A stretch of DNA of 64,000 nucleotides. Source: the human T2T-CHM13v2.0 reference genome, Homo sapiens. The notes under the pieces were generated by a model. It made no database searches. It was given only the letters and a program-made list of their open reading frames with translations, and was not told the origin of the DNA. Of the stretch, positions 13,579 through 28,208 are shown in pieces. The stretch lies in assembly GCF_009914755.1 (NCBI RefSeq), contig NC_060927.1; one strand, given 5' to 3'. Within the stretch, counting starts at the first letter, position 1; each line of letters begins with the position of its first letter. A program made the position numbers and the translations under genes.

Positions 13579-13896
13579 TTCTTTTTATTTTTTATTTCAT
13601 TTTTATTTTTTTTGAGAAAGGGTCTCACTTAGTCACCCAGGCTGGAGTGCAGTGGCATGATCTTGGCTCACTGCAACCTCCACTTCTGGGCTCAAGCAGT
13701 TCTCCAGCCTCAGGTCCTGAGTAGCTGGGACTACAAGCGTGAGTCAAAAAATGCCTAGCTAATTTTTGTATTTTTTGTAGAGATGGGGTTTTGCCATATT
13801 TCCCAGGCTGGTCTTGAACTCCTGAGCTCAAAGCAATTTACCTGCCTCAGCCTCCTTAAGTGCTGAGATTACAAGTTTGAGCCACCATGCCCATCT
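13579..13896 (-). mobile_element. AluJ
   Basis: Dimer with gggtctcac and ctcaagc; TSD gggctattg(a/g)tttct at 13564 and 13897. Confidence 0.93.
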
Positions 13897-14007
13897 GGGC
13901 TATTGGTTTCTATTCTTGTCATTTTCCATAGAAGCTGGTCAATGCTTTTAAGGCATTCTCAGAGTTGGAACTGTAAAACCTGCTAGAATGTCAACAAAGC
14001 TTGACAA

Positions 14008-14216
14008 CAGTGGTCCTCAACTGTGGGTAATTTTGCTTGAGGTTAAGGGACATTAGGCAATATCTGGAAACATTTGGTTGTCATAACTGGGGAACATATA
14101 ACTGAAAATTGGTGAATAGTAGAGACATAGCTAACATCCCACAATGTAGGACAGCCCTCCACAACAAATAATTATTTAGTCTAAAATGTCAATAGTGCTG
14201 AAGTTGAGAAACTTTG
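14008..14216 (+). mobile_element. MER20 hAT MITE
   Basis: cagtggtcctcaac...gggacattaggcaatatctgga...aaaatgtcaatagtgctgaagttgagaaac. Confidence 0.85.
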
Positions 14217-14670
14217 TTATGCAGAATTATTTTTAGCTCTGCAAGTATTCCCTTCATACATCCTTTGAGTTTTGGTCTGGTTTGCTTGCTTGCTCTGGCT
14301 TCCTTGCTATACTGTTATACTGATGTCTCTTTTCTTATTTGTCCTCCTTTATTTATTGGCTTTTGACTTGTGCTTTGTTTTGCTTCTCTAACTGTGGTTA
14401 CCTGTTTTGATTAGGTTCATAATATTCTTGGCAACTTCCATCTGCATACCTGCAGATAGGTTTTACTTAAGGGGTTAATTTGATTTTCCATCTCAATTCT
14501 TCCTACCCCTCAATATAAGACCACAATATTTCTTGCTGTAAATTAATAACTTGACATTCTGATTCATACATGCTTTCATCTGTGGAAAAAATACTGCTTA
14601 CCGAATAATCTCCCTTCTCTACTTCTGCTTTACTAACAGAATCTATATTTTATTCCGGGTGAAATAAGTA

Positions 14671-14885
14671 TTATGTTGGTGCAAAAGTAGTTATGGTTTT
14701 GCACCATGAATTTTAAATCAGTATAACTAGGCTCAAACACATCCTTATTAATCAAAAATGACAATCGACACATTTTTACCAATGAGAAATAAGTTTGTTT
14801 ATTCCAGTAGAATAAAAAATTCATGCTTTGGGATTTGACGAACTCTTGGAAAGCATTTTCTGCATCCTGCTGGTTGTGGAAGCAA
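14671..14885 (-). mobile_element. Hsmar1 mariner 3' end with TIR and transposase C-terminal relic
   Basis: TA followed by ttatgttggtgcaaaagtagttatggtttt TIR; minus ORF FHNQQDAENAFQEFVKSQS matches the Hsmar1/SETMAR transposase C-terminus, then frameshifts. Confidence 0.92.
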
Positions 14886-16000
14886 TGCCTCATGGTATGG
14901 AAAAGATACTGACCTTCAAATCTAGAGCAAACACCAAATTTCCAAGTTGATCAAGAAAATAGTGAAGAATTATTATTGATTTTAGAAGTCTATTTCAGGA
15001 AAAAAATATTTTCTTTTTTCTTAGATGCCATCTCTAAATGGTTTGCATTTTTTATGGAACTTAAGAAACATGTGGACTTTATTTAAGGAAGCCAAAAGCC
15101 AGTGTTGAGAGGACCTGTGCTATGTCTTTCATTAAAGGCTTGCTGAGTGATTGATGGGTTAACATTGTAAGACTTTAGTTAGCTGTCTCCATTCTGTCCT
15201 AGAAAAAGGTATTTCATATTGCTAAGGATGTATTATGGTGTTACTGTATTTATATCTGCTCTTTACACATTGAAAGGAGGTTGTGCCATTATAGCTAAGG
15301 TCATAGAGGGCTACTATAAAGGTGATAGTGATCTCTTCCTCAATTGTGATGTTCTTTTGTGAGACTGGCTGAACAATAGCATTGTCAGTATCCCTTTCAT
15401 TCACAGGTTTCAAGGGTTGATATTTTGACTGTAAGACTAACCTCCTAAGGATGTTTCAGAAACTACAAAATAAAAGTGAGAATAATCCTTCTTAGAACAC
15501 TGCAGTTGTTGAAGTAGAATGAACTTCATGGACGTGGAAATACCAATTTTACCACCTCAGAATAGAATATGTACTTAACCATGTAAAGATCTTGCCAGAT
15601 CAAGGTATAGAGGTGTTACAGGAGCTGAAGGAGACTGGGATTCACTGTTCCTAGTCCTTGAAGGTTTCTAGGCTACAGTCTGAAGCCTGGGGGAGGCCCT
15701 TTCATTTCTCTGTGTACCCGAAGTACTAAGGCAGGCCCAATGCTTGGGGCATACTCTACAGAGATTGTTGTCTGAATAAATGAATACCGAGTCACTTGCA
15801 TTTACTCAGGGGGGCTTTATGAAAGCCTGACCAGTGTCTAGCTTTGATTCTCTCTCTTCCTCTCTTTCTATTTATCTATCTGTCTTACAGCTACTGACAT
15901 AATCTTGCTGAGGGCATGAAAGACATTAGTTAATTCCTGGGACATGGCTTGAAAATGGGAACCATCAGCACATAACCAGTAATTAAATGGATGACCTTAA

Positions 16001-16305
<305 letters not shown>

Positions 16306-16584
16306 ACCTTAAACCTTTAAGTCTCTTGAGACAAACTTATTCTTCAAGATTTTAATGAGATTGTTTTGAACTCCAAGCCTGTTGCTTTTCTCAACATCTC
16401 CAGAGATCTCGGAGCTTAGTTTTTCTTGAATCACTTTAGTTTTGAGTCCCCACTTCTGAACTGTCCCTTTTCTGCTGTAAATTTCACGTGCAGTCTGTTT
16501 GCACTCAACATCATCACGCTGAACATTATCTCCAGCCCTTTATTTTCCAAAGCAGAAGGAAGTATGCCTTAAGTAGCAGCCTTC

Positions 16585-17045
16585 CTGTGGGGAAACTGAG
16601 GTACAAAGTGATGAAATCATTTGCCCAAATTCACACACTAGTAAGTTAGAAGACTACAATGTGTGCCATGTTATCAGAGACCTTGCAGTCTGTGACAAGG
16701 CAAACTATGACCATGCAAACTGATGAAAAGTGCTGCAATGATGGAGAATGGAGGGTGGTGGCAAGTCACTCTCCCTGGCAGAGCAAGAACGCCTTCTGGC
16801 AGGGAAGATCATTTCACATTTGATTCAAGATTTGAAGGACAAACCGGTACTTAAATGTTGGCGGGTGGAGGTGGTACTGGAACATGGTGGTATCCTGAAG
16901 CACCAAATATGGAAAGAGGGAATGATAAATAGAAGGCCACTTAGATAAAAGTGTGCTATGCTGAGGAGTTTGGGTTTTATTCTATGGGCATCAGGAGACC
17001 ATGGAAGGATTTTGAATGGGGGTGTGGCATGATTCGACTTGCAGG
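16585..17045 (-). mobile_element. Adjacent MIR (about 16585-16650) and L2 (about 16690-17045) relics
   Basis: ggaaactgagg...ttgcccaaattcacaca; aggagtttgggttttattct...ccatggaaggattttga. Confidence 0.6.
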
Positions 17046-18344
17046 TTGTACTATTTTATGAGTCCCCTGCTCTGTGGTAGTATTCTTCCTTCTGCAGCCT
17101 GTTACTGATGCAAATATATAACCTGGTTCTATGCACTCAGGAACTGTTTAGCGCAAGGTGAATCACTGTGAAGTAAGCACTGTATCTAGCATGCCATCAT
17201 TTCCTCCTCAATTATAAGGAAACCACTTTCTTCTCCTTCAGATCTCTGGGTGTTTGGCTATTCCAACCCACAGAAGACAGCTTCAGAGCATTGAGCCACA
17301 TTCTTTCCAACTTTATCCCCAATCTTCCTTTGGAAACAGAATCACAGCTCATGGAAAAGAAAGATCACCTCATCCAAACCACAGGCCACTCATTATATGT
17401 GACCTGGTCTCAGTCAAGCCTCTATGACCTACCCAATCAAAATCTCTACTCTTCTTCATTAGAGATCTTAGGGACCCAAACCAGAAGCCACTTCCCTTCT
17501 TTGCAAGTATCTCAGGAATGAGGTTACCTGTTTCACACTATGGCTGTTGAAGGCATAAAGTGTGCTCAAGAGAGACTTTCACTGGTTCTGAGAAACAACG
17601 CTCTTTTAAATATGGTGAAAGTGCTCTCTTATAATTTTTTTAAGATGTCATAAAGTTTCTGCCAACTCTGCCGTTTCAAACCTCAACCTCAAATTCTAAA
17701 CTGGAGCATCGAGCAGCAATTATCCTAAAATCCTCCTAATCATTTGGCCATAAGTAACCTTTCCCCAGACAGCCTAATAACAAGAGAGTTTTCCTTCAAA
17801 GGAAATGTTCCAAACTTTCATTTATAATATTTTTTCCCAGGGCAGTTGAAACTGCCTGTAATATTTACAAGGTTTATAAAATGGAAATAAAATTATCTTA
17901 GTAGTCTTAACATTCATACTGAATTTCTGAAGTCACAGTTCTCTTCCAAGATTGGTGTGAAGCAAAATGATATCGTAGGAAATATTTACTCATACCGTTT
18001 TCAAAATTTCTATCTCCCTTGATGTTTGCTTTGGGATTTTATATCTTTTGGTGACTGTACAGACATGCATTACCTCTCCCAGAGTCATTTTCATTTTGAA
18101 ACTAATTGCTACTTCACAGGGTTCAGATTTACCCTGAGAACTGGATGAACACAAGCGGGTGGGTTTGGGTGAACTCTGCTCTTCTTTAATGAATATCCAT
18201 AGGTATTCATTAATTAACCTAGGGAGTGATAAATAAATAGGGAAATAAAGTCCTGATCTGTGTTTGTGATTTACTTTTGGACTTCTATAGACATTCTCAA
18301 TGGATGTGGGGGCCAGGGAGCCTGACATGAATAATCGTAGGATT

Positions 18345-18790
18345 CTATATGTATATGATTATTTGATTTCTGTTTACCTTTCCCATAGGACTGTTAGCTA
18401 CATGAGGGTGAGGACTATGTCTGTTTTTTTCTCATTATATTTCCAAACACAGCATAGGGGACATATGTATAAATCAATATTTGTGGGGAGAATAAAATGG
18501 CCTAGAAACCACTTCACACACACAGACACCCCCCTGCCCCCCACAACACACATACACACACACATTGATCTAAAGGGAAGAGTAGAGTTCAGAGACCGAA
18601 AATCTGTGGCAAATTAATAATTTAGTTATCATCCATATAGTCTTAGATAGTTTAAAGGTTCTAAGACTTAGCTTCCTTATATGAAAATGAAGATAATAAT
18701 ACCTGTCCGCAGGCTCATAAGACTAATTAATATAAACACAACAATTGACACAGAGCTTGCCCATAGCAGGAGCTCAATAAACAATCAGCT
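18345..18790 (+). mobile_element. L2 3' end (about 18345-18495) and MIR (about 18620-18790) relics
   Basis: gactgttagctacatgagggtgaggactatgtctg; aaaatgaagataataatacct...gagctcaataaa. Confidence 0.6.
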
Positions 18791-19224
18791 CTCTTTATTG
18801 TCCTGTGGTGCTATCTTGGGACTGTCTTCAGATGAGACTGAGACACATCTGATAAACACTGGTTGGGTGGGATGCTCAGAAGGTTCTTCTCCATGGGAGC
18901 CTCAGTGGTGGAAGAATCTGGGTATGAGAAAAGGGACTTGACGGTATGGAGTAAAATCCTGGCAGGAAAGAACACATTACAATTTGTGTCCAGGTAGGAG
19001 TAGAAATTTTCCAGAGCATGTCTCCAAGAAATATTTTTTTTTTCTTTTCCAGTGGCTGGTGTCCAATATGAGCAGTAAAGGGCCAAGGGATGGAGAGATT
19101 TGGATAATGAGTGTTAATACAGCTTCTTTGAGGCTGGTCAGTTAGTTTGGAGGTATATAACCAGCTGGTGTTTTTACTGTCTATTTAATGAAGTATAAAG
19201 GAAAGAAAGCTGGATCTGCAACCA

Positions 19225-19440
19225 GAAGCCTCACTTGAAGTAAACTTAGTTCTCTCAGTTCTGTTACTTACCAGGTATATAAATACCTTTCCCCGCCTCC
19301 GAAGTTTAGCTTTCTTATATGGTTAGATGGTGATCATATATTACCCTAAAGAATGAGAATGATCTTAAAGATCAAATGAGATAAAGTGTGAAGTACCTGG
19401 CACATACTGGGCAGTGAGCATGTTGACTGAATTGAATTTT
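19225..19440 (+). mobile_element. MIR, degraded
   Basis: ctctcagttctgttacttacc...gtacctggcacata. Confidence 0.55.
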
Positions 19441-20700
19441 AGGGGCAGCAGGTCTCATAGAATTTTGCACTCTACCATCAGCTAGCTGTGTCCACTTAAG
19501 CAAGTCTTTAATAATTGTTGTCTTACTAGATTTTGCCTTGAAACAACTTATCAATCCTACAGATTTCTTAGATCAATTTCTACCTTGCCTAAGCGACCAA
19601 ATGTTCTGTTTTTTTTTCATTTGGTTTTTAATTATTTGCTAATAGTGGTTACTGGTGTGACAGCAACTTCATTCCTGAGAAAGAATTTTGAAGGAATCCC
19701 TATGATGGTCCCAAAAAGGCAAGATCTCATTGGACTTATGCTAGATCAAACCAGTGAGGCCATTTCCTAAGTGATGTTTTTCAGAGGAACTCTGGCTTCG
19801 TTATATCTAGAACAACTTTGGGACTAGGTTTGGCCATTTATACTCTTTTTGGACAATTTCCTAATTTATAAAATAGAAGATGTTATGTTGGAGGAGATGA
19901 GTTAAAAACAATAGTAACTCAGTGCTAAGATCAATCAGTCCTGAAGATAACTTAGCTACTTTACTCTGAGTTAGACCCTCCAGCTTTAGCAAATGTTAAG
20001 CTTATAATAGAATAAGTAATGAGAAATTAATTAGCACCTTGTATTATTTTTCTCTATTGTATGTTCTTGCTAAAGAAACGAGAGGACTTAGTTGGGCTTC
20101 TTTCCAAGGTCTGAGCTCTCCTTGTCAATGGAGAATTAGCAGACTTTTTTGAAAACAAAGAAAACTAAAAAGTTTTAGTCATAGCAGAAATTACTTAAAG
20201 AGCAGGAGACAATTCTGATGGTGCTTTGTGTTTCCAATGTGGCAACTCTAACCAGCAGGTTGGTTTCACAAACATCCAGTAGGAAAGCAGGAGGGATGTT
20301 AGGTTACCCAACAAGGGTCTGCCAAACAGCACCCTGGGGGCCTTGAAGGGAATGCCTGCCTGCCTGTGAGTGCAGGGGGCTGGTCACCAGACTCAGTGAA
20401 GTTGCCTCTCATGAAGCTTGATGGAGATGCAGTGGAATTACAGGCCTTTGAAGGCGTTTCATAGGTCTAGTCTGTGAACATCCTCATCGTCAACATGGCG
20501 GACTGAGAATTAAATGCCTCATTCTTATCTTTGTGGGCTAAGGTCCTAGTGTAATGGATATAGAGGCGGGGGAACCAAGTAAATTTATAAAATTGGACAC
20601 CTTGTTGACCATGGTCAGCAGATGCAGGATTTTAGTTAATATAGTAAAAGTAAGAAAATGTAGCATGTCTTTAAAATTAAGTGCTGTTGAGCAATTTCTA

Positions 20701-20783
20701 TTAAATTGGTGCAAAAGTAATTGCAGTTCCTGCCATTACTTCCACTGGCCAAAAAACCCGCAATTACTTTTGCACCAACGTAA
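20701..20783. mobile_element. MADE1 MITE (Hsmar1-derived palindrome)
   Basis: ttggtgcaaaagtaattgc ... gcaattacttttgcaccaa inverted arms, about 83 bp, preceded by TA. Confidence 0.95.
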
Positions 20784-20929
20784 TGCATGTTACTAGCCTG
20801 CCTCATCCTGGAATAAAGAACCACTCCCTCAGTAAGTCATTTACATGACTAAATGAGGCTGTTCATGAAATGATATTTTTTTGTTTAGTGTATGGCAAAT
20901 TTTCTTAAAAACAAAAGCAAAACAAAGCA

Positions 20930-21590
20930 TCAAATTAGCATATTAAAAATTTAGAAACAGTCTAAATATTCATTAGTGGAAATAAAGTGTGAAATTGTAA
21001 TGCAATGAAATTCGATGCCAATATTTCTCAAACATTAGTGTGCATCTAAATCATACAGGGACCTTGTTAAAATGTAGATTTTGATGCTGTTGGTCTAGGG
21101 TCAGTTCTGAGATCCTGCATTTCTAGCCGACTCCCAGGGCCCCTGATGCTGCTGAGCCACAGGCACCACCTCCAGTAGAAAAGTATTATCCAACAGTTAA
21201 CATGGACCAGAGCTACATTTGCCAAGATGAATACATCTCAAAAATATAATGGTGTGGTAAAGAAACAAATTGCAGAATGATATGTAGATTATAATACTAT
21301 TCACATAACATTTAAATGATTCAAAAAATGTTGCATATTGTTTCCTGAAACTAGAATGAAATAAAAGCATAGTGAAATAAAGTACAGTGAAATGAAAGTA
21401 TGAAAACAAGCACAAGAATGAGAAACATGAAGTTTATAATAGTGGCTAACTTTGGGTACGGGAGAGAGGAAAGTAACTGGAGAGATTACATAATGCTTTA
21501 AATGATCTGTTATGTTTATTTCTTAAACTTGGTGGTGAGTACAAAGGTGTTCAGAATATTATTTTCTATATTTTTGTATGTCAACATTAA
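20930..21590 (+). mobile_element. Old L1M 3' fragment containing a MER5A (about 21020-21180)
   Basis: atctcaaaaatataat...aaattgcagaatga (L1M 3' UTR); cttgttaaaatgtagatt...ctgcatttcta...tgatgctgctg (MER5A). Confidence 0.6.
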
Positions 21591-22465
21591 GACTTAAAGG
21601 GGTATATTTGTGTGTGTGTGAGTTAATGCAGTAATCCAGTAGAGATTCTGTATGAAAATTTGGGCCTTTTCTTCCCCCTTATCACTTGTTTCTTAGTTGA
21701 ACAATTGCAGCTTAATTTACTCTATGGAGATGTGGAAGATGGTTAAAATACAATCAACAGTGTTTTATTTGTAAAAAAGAATAAAAAATTTATTTAATCA
21801 GAAATATGGCATTTTCTAAAGTAATTTTAGCAGTTTTTTGTTTTTTCCATGATAGGTAATTCTACACATACTTAATTGCTAACATTTAAAATTTTCCAAA
21901 GAATAAATGTTGACATTCCGGTAAAAGAAGAGCTCATAACACATTGGAAGTGTGCTATTTTAAAAAAGCTCATACTGTATCATTAGTCACAGGTAACTTT
22001 GATGTACTTAAAATGAAACTATTTCTGTTTAAAATTAGTTTTAATTTTTTTTCTAAAGGAAATTAAAGAAGGACTAGATACTTTAATGAATAAAATGCAT
22101 GGCGCAAATGGAAAGAAAAGGTAGGACCTACAAGATATAAATGGACAAAAGATACCAATAGAATTCTCACAAAGAAGGAATACAATTAATATACAAATAT
22201 CTAGACTTAAGTTCAAGTTCACGAGGTTCAAAAAAGTGCATAATAAAACAGCTATAAATTATCAGTTTACCCTTTTACTTAGCAAAAAGCTTTTACTTTT
22301 TAAATTATAATATTCTGTGGAGAATTTGGCAATATAAGTACTTTAATTTGTTATTGGTGTTAGAGTAAATTGTAACAATTTGAAACACCATTTGGCAATA
22401 CATGCCAAGAGTTCTAAAAATGCTCATATTGCCTAGTGAAGAATCTCTTTTAAGAATTTTATTGA

Positions 22466-22900
<435 letters not shown>

Positions 22901-23772
22901 CGCATAAATATTTTCATCACAATATTGTTTAAATAGTGAAAATTTTGAAATAATTATATTGGTTTGGACACCAAAGGAAGAGGATGGGAAGATGGGATTA
23001 TACATTTAAGAAATTTAATAGTCAAAATGTGTGTAAAAGATAAAGAAGAGAAACAGGAGTTTGGCAAGAACCTTCAGACTAAGATGCAGGCCTGACGCCA
23101 GTAAAAGTCAAGTAAAAAAGTAAATCATTTTAACAATTTGTCTTTTTTCAATATTTTTTCTTGTATTTCTGTATATTGTTTTATATTTTATAAACAATGT
23201 ATAGTGGGAAATGTAAAGGAATTAACTTCAGTCTGTTAATATTAATTACCTAATGATTAGGATAGGAATGGGGAAGGGTGAGCTGAGTAAAAGGAAAAGG
23301 AAACAAAAATATTACAGCAAAAGAAATATCAAAGTAAAATCCCTCCAGATATTTAGTACTGAAATTTAGCAGAAATTCGCATTTAATTTTAAATTTCAGG
23401 ATGTAATATTATTTACCTTTGGTAAACAAATTTTATATCACCTTACAAATTAAAATTAAATTATGGATTATTATATATATGTAAACTCTCAAAATTTAAG
23501 GAATTTCAATAATATTAACATGGGCTAATTTTTAACATAAGCCTTTTGGATGACTATACCCTGCCCTTCTTTCACTGCCCTGACTGACCTGCCTCTACTC
23601 TCAATAACACAGCTGCTAGGAATTCTGTGGCCTTCTCCAATGCCACAATCTCTCCCTGTAGGTTAGTGCTATTTAACTAAATGACAGCTTTAATATCAGC
23701 TACTACGGCAGCCTTTAAGCCATTCCTGATTAATTAGGACTCATACCACACATGTAGTTTAAAGCAATACTT

Positions 23773-24915
23773 TAGACTTAAACATAAAACCCAAAACTAT
23801 AAATACCCTGGAAGAAAACCTAGGCAATGCCATTCAGGACATAGGAACAGGCAAAGATTTCATGACAGAGATGCCAAAAACAATTGCAACAAAAGCAAAA
23901 ATTGACAAATGGGATCTAATTAAACTCAAGAGTTTCTGCGTACCAAAGGAAACTATCAGCAGACTAAACAGACAACCTATAGGATGAGAGAAAATTTTTG
24001 CAAGCTATACATCTGACAAAGGTCTAATATCTACCGTAAGGAAGTTAAAACAGATTTACAAGAAAAAAACAATAACCCATTAAAAAGTGTGCAAAGGACG
24101 TGAACAGATAGTTTCAAAGGAAGACATACATGTAGCCAACAATCATATGAAAAAAAGCTCAGCATCACTGATCATTAGAGAAATGCAAATAAAAATTACA
24201 ATGAGATATTATCTCACACTAGTCAGATTGACTATTATTAAAAAGTCAAAACAATAACATGCTGGTGAGGTTGCAGAGAAAAAGGAAAGCTTTTACACAT
24301 TGGTGGGAGTGTAAATTAGTTTAACCATTGGAAAGACAGTATGGCAATCCTCAAAGACCTAAAAGCAGAAATCTCATTTGACCCAGCAATGTCATTACTG
24401 GGTATATACCCAAAGGGATACAAATCATTCTATTATAAAGATACATGCACACCTATGTTCACTGCAGCACTATTTACAATAGCAAAGACATGGAATCAAA
24501 CTAAATTGTCATCAGTGATAGACTGGATAAAGAAAATGTGATACATATACACCATGGAATACTATGCAGCCATAAACAAGAATGAAACCATGTCCTTCAC
24601 AGAAACATGGATGGAGCTGGAGGCCATTATCCTTAGCAAACTAGTGGAGGAAGAGAAAACCAAATACCACTTGTTTTCACTTGAGAGCTTAATGATGAGA
24701 AAACATGGACACATAAAGGGGAACAACACACACTGGGGCCTATTGGAGGGTGGAGGGTAGGAAGAGGGAGAGGATCAGGAAAAATAACTAGTGGGTACTA
24801 GGCATAATACTTGTGTGATGAAATAATCTTTACAAAAACCCCATGACACAAGTTTACCTATATAACAAACCTGCACGTGTACCCCTGAACTTAAAATAAA
24901 TAAAAATTTTTAAAA
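23773..24915 (+). mobile_element. 5'-truncated L1PA (PA13-16-like): ORF2 3' end and 3' UTR
   Basis: ORF2 relic peptides (CTPMFTAALFTIAKTWNQ; MEYYAAINKNE); 3' UTR aggatcaggaaaaataacta...ctgcacgtgtacccctgaacttaaaataaa. Confidence 0.93.
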
Positions 24916-25879
24916 ACCTCAAAACTAGTACTTCAAAATACAGCAACATGCACACAATCTATAAAATATACAGCAGTTGACACATTTAAGAGTAAAAAAA
25001 AAATCTGCTTAAACATCTTGATATGAAGTGAACAAATGATAAAAGCAGTTCTCTTTTCAAAACCAATCTGCCATTTCCAAAATGAATTATTCAGACTCTA
25101 GGGGTCTCTGTCCCATGGTGATATTTACTTGTATGCATTGGCTACAATCTTGGAATCCCGATAGGATTAAACTTTCTGGTTGGTTTAAGGTTGCTGTAAC
25201 AGCCTGGAATTGATCTTTGGGCAACTTAATTGGTGTGATTTCTGCCTCCTAAATGAAGAGGCTCACTTATCCTCAACCCTAAATCTCTAAATCTGTTTAT
25301 TTCTTATATGCAAATATAAGTCGCAAGTTGGCATAGAATTTTAACCACTGCTATTTATTTGATGAACCCTCACTACAATCATACTTATCTGGGCCAATTT
25401 TGTACTAATTACTGGACTGGGTTCTGACTTAGAATATTTTTCAAAGAAATTATAGGTGACCCATTTGCTTGAAATAGCTATATACTAGCTTGTTTCATAA
25501 TATTTGGTTTGATTTCATTGTGATGTAAAGGAAATATTCTAGATTCCCTCAGAATGTTGTAGAAATACTGAAAATGGCCAATAGATAGATGTCTCTGGAA
25601 TGAACCTTGATATTTCTTTATGTGAAATTTTATCAATAAAATTGCTGTTGACAAGTTAAATATGCTGAAACATCTTTGCTTTGATGTAAAACAAAGTTGA
25701 TTTAAGTCAACATCATGATTATGAAAATTTGCGGGGAGGACTGTTGGCTTAAAACAAAACTAAATCCAATCAAACTCACACAAAGCAAACCAAACCATCC
25801 AAATAATGACATTCTTACTAATGGCCAATACATCTTATTTTGTCACTAAATATGAGACAATGTTTTATGCTTAATATTA

Positions 25880-26070
25880 TTGGTTCTGAGGTTTCAGACC
25901 TGGGTTAAAGTTCTAACTTTGCCAATTACTAGTTGCGAAATATTGTGAAGCTATTTAAACTTCTTAGGCCTCAGTTTTCTCATCTGTAAAATGAGATGTT
26001 AGAAGGACTAAGTATAATAATATGCTTATAAAATAGTGACCAATTCAAAATAAGTGCTCCTTAAATATTG
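25880..26070 (+). mobile_element. MIR
   Basis: gcctcagttttctcatctgtaaaatg core. Confidence 0.8.
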
Positions 26071-26620
26071 GGACTTATGAGTCATAAAATACTGACAGGC
26101 AGTGTGTACCAGTATCTCATTTATAAAAACCTGTGACCTGTGACTAGCATCTGGACTGACTGGTTGATGTCTGTGCCTATTTGGTGTCCTTGGTGTATTA
26201 GTAATTAAACATTTGTTAATATTATCCTTAGGTAGTTGTATGTCATGAGACTATTTCAATGCTAGGAAAAAAAGTGAACTGAGTAGCCTCTTCATTTTCT
26301 AACTTCTACTGCTTCAAATTCTGCTCCTCTTACTTTTTAGATATATCTTCAAAAAACAAATAAATAAATAAATAAGCCAAAACCAAAAACAAACAAAACC
26401 AGAAAATCAAATCCAAACCACAAAATACTTCCTTTGGAGACCAATGTATTGATATTTGTCTAAAGACAACTGTAAAATGTAACAAACAAACAAGAATAGC
26501 AAAACACTAAATATCTACTGTTGTTTTCAGAAAATCTTCCCTAAGCTGTTGAACTTTTAGGTACTGCATATATTTGGCTGTCAGGGCAGTGTCTTCCTTT
26601 GCATGTAATCTATTGGTTGA

Positions 26621-27027
<407 letters not shown>

Positions 27028-28208
27028 TCTCTTTCTCTGATTGTCCATGGAAGAGGTGACATAGTCTTTGCTGAGTTCTAAATTAGGAGACCTTGGTTCC
27101 AGTTCTAACTTGGCCGTTAACTTTCTGTGTGACTCTGGCCTCCCCACGTAGCTTGCCTGGTCCTCAGTTTTCTTTTGGCAGTATGGTGTGTGTAAATGAT
27201 CACTATTGTGTTTTAATAATGATGTTATTTTGACTGAAGGTATAGGAATTCTTAAATCTAAACCATTTTCTCTCCTTAATAGCTCTACATTTGAAACAAA
27301 CAGAAGGTAAACCAAGAATAAAATGGCAAACATAGATAAAATTAGCAATGGCTTTGGTCGCCAAATTTAGACAGTTCTTATGAGAATTTGGTTGACTCCT
27401 GAGAAAGACTCTTTTTTTTTCTCATTTTTGTTTTTTGTTTTGTTTTAACATGAAATAGGTCAAAGGAATTTTAAAACAGAACTGGCTTTGCCTATTTTTT
27501 CCACTAAGCATTGCCCTGCTTCTCTTACCCAACAGAGCTGAGGATAAGGAGTAAAAGAGAAATCCAACAAACACTCAGCAGCTGGGCCATCTGCCTCAGT
27601 GAGACAGCAGGAGAGAGAGAAGGAGGAAAGGAGGGAGGGGGACTGAGAGGAGAGAGACTAAGAATCTGACAACACTGGTACCATTGACCATTCAGAAATG
27701 ATAGTGGGAAGGAACAATCTTAAAGTCTTTCATTACTGACCTCTACCTGGATCCAGTAATGACATTGGTACAGTGTGCAATGTAACCTCTTCTGCATGTG
27801 CCTGGTGCATGGTGGATGTCCAACATTTGTAGTGGTAATTGACAAACCTGGGGTGCTGTGTCATTTCAGCTGAAAAAAGTCATCTTTGGCTGTTTCCCTA
27901 ATCAGGGAATTAGAAAATTGAAACCAAGGATTATATTGTAATAACCTGAGTTGAATAAGGCTTTGTTTGAAAGGAACTGATGACTTGGTTTGAGAATAAC
28001 AGTAGCTGGAGAATCAATCAATTTTGGGACTCAGTCCTAGATCTCTCTGTAAATCAAATCTGGCGCAGTTTAGTGATTAAAAGCACAGGCTCTGAATTTG
28101 AATCTCAGCTCTGCTACTGACTAGTTATACAACCATGGAGAAGTCATTTGACTTTGTACCTCAGGGTTATTTTCAACTTTAAAATGAGAACAACTACTGT
28201 TACCTATC

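Noticed and set aside
14633-14893. SETMAR exon or active transposase
   Set aside because: Only the extreme C-terminus, frameshifted, with a TIR attached; this is a transposon relic
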